This document shows, one piece after another, positions 53,249 through 64,000 of a stretch of DNA of 64,000 nucleotides (the stretch's first letter is position 1; each line of letters starts with the position of its first letter). Under the pieces are notes generated by a model. It saw only the letters and a program-made list of their open reading frames with translations. It was not told the DNA's origin and did not search any database. Where the stretch lies: assembly GCA_964519955.1 (NCBI GenBank), contig CAZFLM010000021.1, forward strand, positions 16,276-80,275, given 5' to 3'. The position numbers were made by a program, and so were the translations under genes. The stretch is from an uncultured Chthonomonadaceae bacterium. Its GTDB lineage: Bacteria > Armatimonadota > Chthonomonadetes > Chthonomonadales > CAJBBX01.

Positions 53249-54967
53249 ATGAGACGTGGCGTGCGAGGTGGGCTGGTTCTGGCGGTGGCTCTGGCGGTCC
53301 TGATGCCCCGGGGTTCGATGGCGCAGGCGACAGGCATGGCTGTGCCGGATGACACGAGGCGGATCGAGGCGGTGCTGCCCGAGACGGCGCCTGCCAAGCC
53401 GCTGAAGCCTCGACGCCTGCTGATCTTCGGCCTGAACGTGATCTACGGCGGGCACGGCTCCATCGCCACAGCGAACACGGCACTCACGCTCATGGGCGAG
53501 AAGACCGGCGCGTTCCAGGCGGTGCTCAGCAACGACCCGGCCATGTTCTCCGCCGAGAGCCTCAAGACGTTCGACGCGGTCTTCTTCAACAACACCGTCG
53601 GCAACCAGTTCACCGACCCCGTCCTGCGCAAGAACCTGCTGGAGTTCGTGTTGGGCGGCGGCGGGCTGATGGGGGTGCACGGCACCACGGTGGGATTCAC
53701 CCGCTGGAACGAGGGCGCCGCCGACGACTGGCCGGAGTTCGGCTGGATGATCGGGGCGCGCGGGGCGAACCACACGACGCAGGACGAGAAGATCGCGGTC
53801 CGCGTCGAGGAGCCCGGCAATCCGATCACGGCCACATTCGGGCAGGGGTTCGAGCACGCAGACGAGTACTTCCGCTACGGCGAGCCCTACTCTCGTAACC
53901 GGGTGCGCGTGCTGCTGAGCATCGACAACGAGAAGTCGGCCAAGCTGCAGGGCGTCGACAAGCTGCCCAAGATGCGCGACGACGAGGACTACGCCGTTGC
54001 GTGGGTGCGCAGCTACGGGCGCGGGCGCGTGTTCTACTGCTCCCTCGCGCACAACCCCAGCACGTTCTGGGACCCCGTGATGCTCCGCTTCTACCTCGCC
54101 GCCACGCAGTTCGTCCTGGGCGACCTGCCCGTGCCCACCGTGCCCAGCGCCAAGCTGACCCCGGCGATACGGGCGCAGGAGAAGCTCGGGTGGCGGCTCG
54201 GCGTGGAGGCCTATACGTTCCACAAGTACACGCTGTTCGAGGCCATCGACAAGGCGTCGCAGCTCGGACTGGCCTATATGGGCGGCCTGAGCTTCCAGAA
54301 GGTGAGCGACAAGATCGACAAGTTCCTCGACCCGTCGCTGACCGACGACGAGATCCAGCAGGTGCGGCAGAAGCTCGACGCCGCCGGCATCCGCATGCTG
54401 CTCTACTACTACCAGGACATCCCCGGCGACGAGGCGGGCTGCCGCAAGGTGTTCGACTTCGGCCGCAAGCTGGGCATCGAGACCTTCATCGCCGAGCCCG
54501 CTCCCTCTGCGCTGCCGACCATCGACCGGTTCTGCAACGAGTACGGCATCAAGGTGGCGCTGCACAACCACGACCAGAAGGCGTCGCCCAACACGTGGTG
54601 CCCCGAGGCGCTGCTGAAGACGGTCCAGGGCCGCAGCAAGATGATCGGCGCATGCCCCGACCTCGGCTACTGGATTCGTTCCGGCCTCGACCCGGTGGCC
54701 GGCGTGCGCAAGCTGAAGGACCGCATCATCACGATGCACCTGCACGACCTGGACGCGCGGACCCCCGAGGGGCACGACGTACCGTGGGGTTCCGGGGTAG
54801 GGCAGGCGGAGAAGGTGATCCTCGAGCTGCAGCGCATGGGCGTCAAGCCGACGATGTTCGGCATCGAGCACGCCTACAACTGGACATCCTCCATGCCCGA
54901 GGTCGCGCAGACCGTCAAGTTCTTCAACGACCTCAGCCTGAAGCTGGCGGGACGGCAGGCGAAATGA
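53249..54967 (+). CDS. ThuA-like domain fused to xylose-isomerase-like TIM barrel (sugar-phosphate isomerase/lyase)
   Basis: LKTFDAVFFNNT, GGGLMGVHG, DEYF, WVRSYGRGRVFYCSLAH; then YTFHKYTLFEA, ALHNH, CPDLGYW, HLHD, IEH. Confidence 0.9.
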   Translation: MRRGVRGGLVLAVALAVLMPRGSMAQATGMAVPDDTRRIEAVLPETAPAKPLKPRRLLIFGLNVIYGGHGSIATANTALTLMGEKTGAFQAVLSNDPAMFSAESLKTFDAVFFNNTVGNQFTDPVLRKNLLEFVLGGGGLMGVHGTTVGFTRWNEGAADDWPEFGWMIGARGANHTTQDEKIAVRVEEPGNPITATFGQGFEHADEYFRYGEPYSRNRVRVLLSIDNEKSAKLQGVDKLPKMRDDEDYAVAWVRSYGRGRVFYCSLAHNPSTFWDPVMLRFYLAATQFVLGDLPVPTVPSAKLTPAIRAQEKLGWRLGVEAYTFHKYTLFEAIDKASQLGLAYMGGLSFQKVSDKIDKFLDPSLTDDEIQQVRQKLDAAGIRMLLYYYQDIPGDEAGCRKVFDFGRKLGIETFIAEPAPSALPTIDRFCNEYGIKVALHNHDQKASPNTWCPEALLKTVQGRSKMIGACPDLGYWIRSGLDPVAGVRKLKDRIITMHLHDLDARTPEGHDVPWGSGVGQAEKVILELQRMGVKPTMFGIEHAYNWTSSMPEVAQTVKFFNDLSLKLAGRQAK

Positions 54968-56331
54968 CACCCACCGAGAAGTCCCTGACGCGCCGGGCGC
55001 TGCTTGGCCGGGCTGCGCTCGCCGGATGTGCTGCCGCCGGTCCCCTCATCCTGCCCACGCGCGCTCGCGGTTTGGCGGCCGCCAACGAGCGGCTGAACGT
55101 CGCGGTGATCGGCATCGGCGCGATGGGCTCTGGGCACCTCTCCTACGCCCTTGGCGACCCGGCGCTGCAGGTGATCGCCGTCTGCGACGTGGACAAGGTG
55201 CGGCGCGATGCCGCGCTGCAGCGGGCCGAAGCGCAGTATGCCAACGCGTCGGCCTCCGGCACGTTCAAGGGCGTGAAGGCCTACAACGACTACCGCGAGG
55301 CGCTGGCGCGGCCCGAGCTGGACGCCGTGCTCATCGCCACGCCCGACCACTGGCACACGCCCATCTCCATCGACGCGGCGAAGGCGGGCAAGGACGTCTA
55401 CTGCGAGAAGCCGGTCACGCTCACCATCGCGGAAGGCCGCCGGCTCGTCGACGTGATGCGGCAGTACGGGCGCGTCTTCCAAACCGGCACGCAGTACCGC
55501 TCGATCACGACGGTACGGCGGGCGGTGGAGTTCGTGCGCGCGGGCGGCATCGGCAAGGTGAAGCATGCGTTCACGCTCTGGTCGCGGGTGGAGGGGGGCT
55601 ACACGCCGGTGAGCTACCCGCTGCCAGCCGATCCGGTGCCGGATGGGCTGGACTGGGACCTGTGGGTCGGCCCGGCGCCGTGGCGCCCGTACAACCGGCG
55701 GTTCCACAGCAACCCGATCCCCGGCGTCGTGCCATGGGCGTTCTGCGATGACTACGGCGCGGCGTCGATCACGTGGCACCATTCGCATGCCGCCGATGTG
55801 GTGCAGTACGCGCTGGGCGTGGAGCGCACAGGGCCCGTCGAGGTGATTCACCCATCGGCCAACCGCTATCCCACGCTCACGTTTCGCTACGCCAACGGCA
55901 CGCTGCTCCACCTCGTCGATGACTGGGGCCACGTGAAGGTGACCTATAGCGCCGTGCCGGAGAACGCCCGGTTGGAGGGCAACTTCGGCGGGGTGTTCGT
56001 GGGCGAGCGCGGGTGGCTGACCTCGACGTACGGAAGCGGGCGCATCGAGGGGGCGCCGGAGGCCCTCTTCGAGGAGATGGGCATGCCGCGCCACGAGATG
56101 GGCTGGGGCAACAACCACCACGCGAACTGGATCGAGTGCATCCGCTCGCGGGGGCGCACGAGCACCGACGCCGAACTCGGGCATCGGGCCGCGTCCATCG
56201 GGCACCTGGCGCACATCGCGTTCAAGCTCGATCGCAGCCTGAAGTGGGACCCGGTGAAGGAGGAGTTCATCGGCGACGCCGAGGCGAACAGGCTCCGCTC
56301 GCGCGCGCTGCGCGAGCCGTGGCGGGTGTAG
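54964..56331 (+). CDS. Tat-exported Gfo/Idh/MocA oxidoreductase
   Basis: TRRALL twin-arginine; VIGIGAMG, DAVLIATPDHWH, DVYCEKP, QTGTQYRS, LDWDLWVGPAP; ATGA overlap with the upstream gene. Confidence 0.93.
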   Translation: MTPTEKSLTRRALLGRAALAGCAAAGPLILPTRARGLAAANERLNVAVIGIGAMGSGHLSYALGDPALQVIAVCDVDKVRRDAALQRAEAQYANASASGTFKGVKAYNDYREALARPELDAVLIATPDHWHTPISIDAAKAGKDVYCEKPVTLTIAEGRRLVDVMRQYGRVFQTGTQYRSITTVRRAVEFVRAGGIGKVKHAFTLWSRVEGGYTPVSYPLPADPVPDGLDWDLWVGPAPWRPYNRRFHSNPIPGVVPWAFCDDYGAASITWHHSHAADVVQYALGVERTGPVEVIHPSANRYPTLTFRYANGTLLHLVDDWGHVKVTYSAVPENARLEGNFGGVFVGERGWLTSTYGSGRIEGAPEALFEEMGMPRHEMGWGNNHHANWIECIRSRGRTSTDAELGHRAASIGHLAHIAFKLDRSLKWDPVKEEFIGDAEANRLRSRALREPWRV

Positions 56332-56342
56332 CGAGGAAACCG

Positions 56343-58688
56343 ATGCGAACACGATGCCTTGCCGCTCTCCTTATCGTCTGCGCCGCCGCTGTGTCGCGTG
56401 ACGGCATGGCGCAGGAGAGAGCCGTCCCACTGAACGACTATGCCCGGCTCGGCCAGCGCTTCACCACCCTGCAGCGCGCGTCGGCGATCTGGGTCTGCAT
56501 GCCCAGTTGGTCCGACAACGAGGGTGGGCTGACCCTCACGCTATGGGACTCACCTCAGCGCACCAAGGTGATCGCGCGCCGTGTCCTGACGGGTGTGCGC
56601 GACAACGAGCGCGTCGAGTTGCGGCCGTCGAAGGGGCTGCCTCCGGGGACCTACTACTGGGAGATCAGCGACCGGACGGGCCAGACGCGGATCGGCCTCT
56701 ACTGCGACCCCCTGGTCGCTGGGAGCGACGACTGCGCCTACTTCGACGGTGTCGCCAACCGCGCCCGCTGCTTCCTGTCGGACATCATCGCCTCGGGGAT
56801 GCCCCGCACGGCCGCCGCCCAACTCGTCGCCGCGCTTGGCCCCGGCGGCACGGTTCAGCAGAAGCTCGACGCGTGCCGGCAGTTGGCTGTAGTTGGCCCG
56901 CCGGCCGCGGTACCCGCGCTGGCGAAGCTGCTGCCGGACCCGGCGCTCTCGCACATGGCCCGGTACGCGCTGGAGAGCATGCCCGGGAAGGAGGCCGGCG
57001 CGGCGCTGCGGGCGGCGCTCGGCACTGCGAAGGGCAAGCAGCTCATCGGCGTGATCAACTCGCTGGCGGTGCGCCGGGACGCAGACGCCGTTCCCAAGCT
57101 CGCCGCGCTGATGAAGAGCGCAGATCCCACGGCGGCCGATGCGGCTGTGGTCGCGCTGGGGCGGATAGGGACGCCTTCCGCCGCGAACGTGCTGCTGCCC
57201 GCACTGCGCCAGGCGCCTACGCGGCTGTGGCCGGCGCTCTGCGAGGCGGGGCTGCAGTGCGCGGACCTGCTTGCGAGGCCGGCTTCCGGGCGGGCAGGGA
57301 CGCCAGCCCCACCCTCGCAGGCGCTCTCTCTGTACGACCGGCTGCGCGGCGCGGGCGTGCCTCGGGCGGTGCGGATCGGCGCGGCGCGTGGAGCGATCGT
57401 GGCGCGCGGCGCGGCCGGGACGTCGCTGCTCCGCCAGTTCGTGCGTGGCGCCGACGCCGACCTGCGCGGCGTGGCGCTCTTCGTCGCGCAGCACGATCTG
57501 CCCGGCAAGACGGTGACGCTGGCGCTTGCCGCGGAACTGCCGTCCGCGCCAGCCGATACCCAGGCGCTCCTGATCGCAGCGTTGGCGGGCCGGCGAGACC
57601 CGGCGGCGCTTCGCGCTCTCCGCGCCGCCGCGGCCTCGGGGCCGAAGTCCACGCGCCTCGCAGCCGTGGCCGCGCTTCCGGCGATGGGCGGGGCCTCCGC
57701 GCCGGCGCTGCTGGCCCTGCTGGGCGATACCGACGGCGACGTTCACCAGGCTGCCCAGAACGGGCTCGCGTCACTGCCCTTGAAGGAGGTCGCCGCAGTC
57801 ACCGCGGGCCTCCTCGGGAAGGCCGACCCGTCGAGCCGCATGGCGGGGATCGCGCTGGCGCAGCTCTGCCGGTACCCGGGCGGACCGTCCGGCGTGGCGG
57901 CCACGCTGCGCGACCCATCCGCCGACGTGCGCATCGCAGCCGCGAAGGCGCTCGAGGCGATCGGCGGCGCGGCTGAAGTGAAGGCGCTGCGCGACGCCCT
58001 CCTCGCAACCGTGGTGCAGCACGAGGCCGAGGCGCTGGAGCAAGCGCTCGCCGCCATCTGCGGCCGCGCGGAGAACGGCGACGAACTCGCCGGACTGCTG
58101 GCAGACGCCGCGGGCACGGCGCCTGCTGCGCGGCGCCCGGCGTTCTATCGCCTGCTCGGCGGGCTTGGCGGCGCGCGGGCGCTGGCGGTCGTCCGGTCGG
58201 CCGCGAACGGGGTGAGTGGTGAGGCGCGCTCGGCGGCGTTCGAGATGCTGTGCGCCTGGGGGAGCGATGCCGCCGCGTTGGACCTGCTGCGCTTCGCACG
58301 AGAGGCCGCTGACCCGGCTGACCGGCTGAAGGCGCTGCGGGGAGTGCTGCGCATGGCGGCCGGCGCCGACGTACCCGCCGACCACCGGCTCCAGCTCTGC
58401 CGCGACGCCGCGGGCCTCGTGCAGCGCGATGAGGAGAAGCGGATGCTGCTGGGCGCGCTCGCCGGTATCCCGTCCGCGGACGCGCTGAGCCTGGCCGTGC
58501 CCTACCTGGCGGGCGCGGCGACGAAGGACGAAGCCTGCGCGGCGATCGTCGGCATCGCGACGAAGTTGGTGGACGGGCCGGGGCGTGCGCGCCTGGTTGA
58601 GCCGCTGGGCCAGGTTGCCGGCGTGGCGACGAACGCGGAGGTCGCCCAGCAGGCGCGGGCGCTCCTGGAGCGGGCGAAGCGCCCGTAG
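56343..58688 (+). CDS. Secreted HEAT-repeat protein with an unrecognised N-terminal beta domain
   Basis: Signal peptide; ACRQLAVVG...AVPALAKLL...ARYALE, VINSLAVRRD, repeated HEAT helices. Confidence 0.85.
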   Translation: MRTRCLAALLIVCAAAVSRDGMAQERAVPLNDYARLGQRFTTLQRASAIWVCMPSWSDNEGGLTLTLWDSPQRTKVIARRVLTGVRDNERVELRPSKGLPPGTYYWEISDRTGQTRIGLYCDPLVAGSDDCAYFDGVANRARCFLSDIIASGMPRTAAAQLVAALGPGGTVQQKLDACRQLAVVGPPAAVPALAKLLPDPALSHMARYALESMPGKEAGAALRAALGTAKGKQLIGVINSLAVRRDADAVPKLAALMKSADPTAADAAVVALGRIGTPSAANVLLPALRQAPTRLWPALCEAGLQCADLLARPASGRAGTPAPPSQALSLYDRLRGAGVPRAVRIGAARGAIVARGAAGTSLLRQFVRGADADLRGVALFVAQHDLPGKTVTLALAAELPSAPADTQALLIAALAGRRDPAALRALRAAAASGPKSTRLAAVAALPAMGGASAPALLALLGDTDGDVHQAAQNGLASLPLKEVAAVTAGLLGKADPSSRMAGIALAQLCRYPGGPSGVAATLRDPSADVRIAAAKALEAIGGAAEVKALRDALLATVVQHEAEALEQALAAICGRAENGDELAGLLADAAGTAPAARRPAFYRLLGGLGGARALAVVRSAANGVSGEARSAAFEMLCAWGSDAAALDLLRFAREAADPADRLKALRGVLRMAAGADVPADHRLQLCRDAAGLVQRDEEKRMLLGALAGIPSADALSLAVPYLAGAATKDEACAAIVGIATKLVDGPGRARLVEPLGQVAGVATNAEVAQQARALLERAKRP

Positions 58689-58700
58689 CGGGCCGGCGTC

Positions 58701-58814
58701 CGGAGGCTCGGCCTCCGTGCCGACCGGGCGTTGGGCGGAACGCGGTGGCGACGGAGCGCCACCCTCCAGCGTGGAGCGTCTCTGGAGGGTCGGCCTTCGT
58801 GCCGACCGGGCGTT
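58701..58814. repeat. Cluster of three REP-like hairpins (family B), alternating orientation
   Basis: 58701-58732 and 58782-58814 read GGAGG-stem-CT(C/T)CGT-stem-ccgggcgtt; 58743-58770 is identical to 44438-44465 and inverted relative to them. Confidence 0.85.
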
Positions 58815-58837
58815 CCGGCGTCGCAACGAGGTGGGAC

Positions 58838-59269
58838 ATGCACGACTCAGAACGCCCGTGCGAGCCCTGGCGCGAGAAGGCGTCGGAGATGCTGCCTGAG
58901 TTGGGCGAGTACCTCGGCGACGCGGACGGGCCGATGGCCTTCTGGATCGAGGTCGGGATGGCCTTCGAGCATGCGTACGAGGAGCCGCGCAACAACGAGC
59001 TGATCGCGCGCATCTACGCGTACGCCTTCTGGTGCATGGAGCATGGCGAGAGGCACAACAGTCCGGGGCGCGACTTGCCGACCTGCGTTGCGGTCTGCTT
59101 CCTGGAGCACATCCCGACCATCTCGGCGGCGCGAGCGGAGATGCCTCGCTGGTTCAGCCGCGAAGAGGTGGTTGCGTCGCGGGAGGTCTTCAGCTACCTG
59201 CTCGACAAGGGGGAGTTCGAGCAGGTGCTGGCGCCCTACGGGCCGGTGGGCCAGAGCGGGAAGCAGTAA
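58838..59269 (+). CDS. Hypothetical all-alpha protein, DUF7674/immunity-protein-like
   Basis: GAGG RBS; WREKASEMLPEL, IARIYAYAFWC, VAVCFLEHIP, MPRWF. Confidence 0.7.
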   Translation: MHDSERPCEPWREKASEMLPELGEYLGDADGPMAFWIEVGMAFEHAYEEPRNNELIARIYAYAFWCMEHGERHNSPGRDLPTCVAVCFLEHIPTISAARAEMPRWFSREEVVASREVFSYLLDKGEFEQVLAPYGPVGQSGKQ

Positions 59270-59335
59270 CGCGAGGCTTGGAAGGCGGGCGGTCAGGCCT
59301 GGCTTGACCTGTTGATCAGCGGCGCTGCACGGGCA

Positions 59336-59364
59336 CCCTTCGGCAGGCTCAGGGCAGGCTCAGG
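59336..59364. repeat. REP-like fragment of the cccttcg-caggctcagggcagg type, with a short duplication
   Basis: cccttcggcaggctcagggcaggctcaggg; resembles a widespread intergenic repeat as recalled. Confidence 0.5.
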
Positions 59365-59664
59365 GCCATCCCACCACAGCGTTCGTGCGCGATCCGCGCT
59401 AGAGAGCGATGCCAGACGTAGGCCTGCCTGTGGGTAGGCTGCCGGACGCCGCATCAAACCGCTCGCCCGTGCGAGCCACGCCGGCGATGGCCGGGCGCGG
59501 ATTGGCCGGATGTGCAGACAAGGGGCGCTTCTGCCGATACAGGAATAGACTGCGAGACCGGCATTCCGCTGGCCGGAGCCAATACGCAGTTCGCGCAGAC
59601 GGCTCAAATGTGGAACTACCTGCTAGGGATACGAGTATCCCTAGGTCGCGCGCGGAGGCGCTGT

Positions 59665-60324
59665 GTGCACAGGCGAGGTTTCACACTCATCGAACTGATC
59701 ATCGACATTGCGATCATTGCGGCATTGGTCGCGGTCTTGGCGCCTGTCTATGCCCACGCCCGAGAGCGCGCGCGGCGCACGGTCTGCTTGTCGAATGTCA
59801 AGCAGATCTCAGCGGCTGCGCTGCTCTACTCGCAGGACTATGATCAGGTGCTGCCGGCGGCCTGTGCGTGGGAGGTAGCCCCGTTCGGGCCGAACAGCGT
59901 GATGTGGCCGTGTGCGCCGACCCTCCGCAAGGCCCTGGAGCCATACGCCAAGGACGAGGGGGTCTACCGGTGCCCGGACCACTATGCCGTCGCCAAGGAT
60001 CAGTGGCGTCAGATGCAGACGAGCTACTGGTTCGTCGCCGGGCATCCGGGGTACGTCGTCCCGTCGAGCGACACGGCCGGGTGCGAGTGGTTCCGCAAGA
60101 GGAACCTGGCCGGCGAGTCGCTGGTGAACGTCTCGCAGTCGGCGGTGCTCGTTTCCGACTCGGGTCCGCTGATCCACGAGGGCAAGGGCGCGGGGCCGTG
60201 GTGGTCCGGGGTTGGCGGCGCGGGCACGCGGTACCTGAACCTCGGGTTCGTCGACGGCCATGCGAAGGGCGAGAGCTTCCTCGCCTCGCACGTGGGAGAG
60301 GTGTTTCCGCCGGCTCGGCCTTGA
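59665..60324 (+). CDS. Prepilin-type N-terminal cleavage/methylation protein (DUF1559-like, H-X9-DG-type C-terminus)
   Basis: GGAGG RBS, GTG start; RRG|[37 protein letters not shown]. Confidence 0.9.
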   Translation: MHRRGFTLIELIIDIAIIAALVAVLAPVYAHARERARRTVCLSNVKQISAAALLYSQDYDQVLPAACAWEVAPFGPNSVMWPCAPTLRKALEPYAKDEGVYRCPDHYAVAKDQWRQMQTSYWFVAGHPGYVVPSSDTAGCEWFRKRNLAGESLVNVSQSAVLVSDSGPLIHEGKGAGPWWSGVGGAGTRYLNLGFVDGHAKGESFLASHVGEVFPPARP

Positions 60325-60522
60325 TCGCCAGGCCAGAACCTGGCAACATTACCTGGTCGCGACGCCAAATCGGATGTAGAATGGAACGGTCGGCGAGCGA
60401 GTAGGGGCAGCCTGGAAGCGCCCGGGCACACACACATCGGCACGGATGCCGTTGGCCCCGTGGTGCAATGTGGGAGGGACGGTGGCGAACGGCTTCATTA
60501 GCCCGCGGCCTGGGAGGCGGCT

Positions 60523-63054
<2,532 letters not shown>

Positions 63055-63058
63055 AGGC

Positions 63059-63107
63059 GGTCGACGGTCGGAGGTCGAACGTCGGAGGTCGAACGGCGGA
63101 CGGCGAG
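63059..63107. repeat. Degenerate heptamer tandem repeat (gtcgaac/gtcggag/ggcggac)
   Basis: ggtcgac ggtcgga ggtcgaa cgtcgga ggtcgaa cggcgga cggcga, immediately after the glgP stop. Confidence 0.8.
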
Positions 63108-63204
63108 AGGGTGGGGCCGGTTCCTTCTTGGGGGCCGGCCTCTTGCTCTGGGTGGGTCCGTGCCAGTTCTGGCGTGGATGGGACCAGCATCGGCCTCAGA
63201 TGTG

Positions 63205-63233
63205 TTGACAAGCTCGTTCGCTCGCTGTATGAT
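63205..63233 (+). promoter_or_regulatory. Near-consensus sigma70 promoter
   Basis: TTGACA (63205-63210), N17, TATGAT (63228-63233). Confidence 0.8.
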
Positions 63234-63409
63234 GCCGGGTAAGTCGTGGTCCGGATGCCCGGCGACCGCCCCGCCGCTCCTCGTCCGCGAACCTGGCCAC
63301 ACGTCGCTGCGCGACGCTCCGACCGCTCATGCCGCACCGCGGAGGCGCGCGAGAGCGTCAATATCGCGTTCGTGAGTCGAAAACAGGGCCGATTCCTGAC
63401 GGTACATTG

Positions 63410-63423
63410 ACGGTAGCTACCGT
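63410..63423. promoter_or_regulatory. Perfect 14-bp palindrome, possible operator
   Basis: acggtagctaccgt, preceded by a direct repeat tgacggta at 11-bp period. Confidence 0.45.
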
Positions 63424-63623
63424 ATCATAGTTAGCGACAGGCGGATATACGGCGGCCGGTTCCCCGCGATGGCTCTCCCCCTTCGAGCCACCGCACCCGC
63501 GACGGTGCGTAGGGGTGCCGGCGCCCCATGACGCTTGGAAGGCCTCGCGCACGCGCCGAGACGCGCAGTGCGCGGGGGCTGTAGCTGACCGGCCATACCC
63601 ATTGCCACTGCGGAGGAAGGCCA

Positions 63624-64000
63624 GTGCCCACAACCAACTCGCGTACCTCGTCGTTGTCCGTTCTCGCCGTCTCGACGCTGCTGCTCGCCGCCGGATGCGC
63701 TCGCCAGGGCCGTCCGGCTGCTGCCGCGTCTCCCCCACCCGCTCGCTCGCCGAGGCAGGTCGCCTCCGCCGCCGGGCCGAACGCCGTGCAGCGCACCCCC
63801 GAGTACGCCGAGGCCGCACGCCTCTACCGCAAGGGCGACCGCGCGGGCGCGTCGGCGGCGCTCGGCCGCATCAAGCCGGGGGCGGACTGGACGGCGGAGG
63901 AGCGGGAGTATTTGGAGAGGCAGAAGGGGATCGTTGAGGGTCGAAGGGCCGACGGGCCGTCGAAGGTCGAACGTCGAAGGTCGAACGGCGAACGGCGAAC
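63624..64000 (+). CDS. 5' part of a lipoprotein gene running off the window
   Basis: GGAGGAAGG RBS, GTG start; MPTTNSRTSSLSVLAVSTLLLAAG|C lipobox; then PEYAEAARLYRKGD...EREYLERQK; open to the end (absent from the ORF track because it has no stop). Confidence 0.75.
   Translation, partial: MPTTNSRTSSLSVLAVSTLLLAAGCARQGRPAAAASPPPARSPRQVASAAGPNAVQRTPEYAEAARLYRKGDRAGASAALGRIKPGADWTAEEREYLERQKGIVEGRRADGPSKVERRRSNGERR
63938..64000. repeat. Heptamer repeat of the same family, inside the lipoprotein reading frame
   Basis: gtcgaag ... gtcgaag gtcgaac gtcgaag gtcgaac ggcgaac ggcgaac. Confidence 0.8.

Noticed and set aside
63407-63437. MerR-type promoter (TTGACG plus palindrome in the spacer)
   Set aside because: No acceptable -10 hexamer at 17-19 nt spacing; only the palindrome was kept.

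Overview
A GC-rich bacterial chromosomal window, probably Armatimonadota or a similar PVC-like lineage. This is inferred from a DUF1559-like prepilin-type protein, a ThuA/Gfo/HEAT sugar cluster and many secreted CAZyme-like ORFs. The left part (1-14.5 kb) is accessory-looking: an AbrB/MazE-Doc TA pair with a perfect 16-bp operator palindrome, rubrerythrin, a small-protein/DUF2335 pair, a PIN TA pair, an HpnB-like glycosyltransferase, a Tat phosphoesterase, an APH(6)-like kinase, two paralogous ankyrin genes each preceded by the same ECF-like promoter block, a HAAS/zinc-ribbon membrane protein and an orphan DUF433. The rest is dominated by glycan-active genes (GH99-like+LamG, GH30-like, GH32-like x2, GH130, GxGYxYP, GH20-like, GH36, SGNH, glgP). 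Embedded among these are tRNA-Val(CAC), a DUF1638-hydantoinase fusion divergent from an isochorismatase-family hydrolase, and a TIR-NB-ARC-TPR (bacterial NLR-like) gene with a 126-bp repeat array. Also present are a ~5-kb islet bracketed by a duplicated gene fragment, a secreted Cys-His-Asp papain/transglutaminase-like protein, several REP/REPIN-like hairpin families (including a 171-bp tandem array) and heptamer repeats. No CRISPR array, rRNA, integrase or intact transposase was seen. All family calls come from motif recognition by eye, not database searches.
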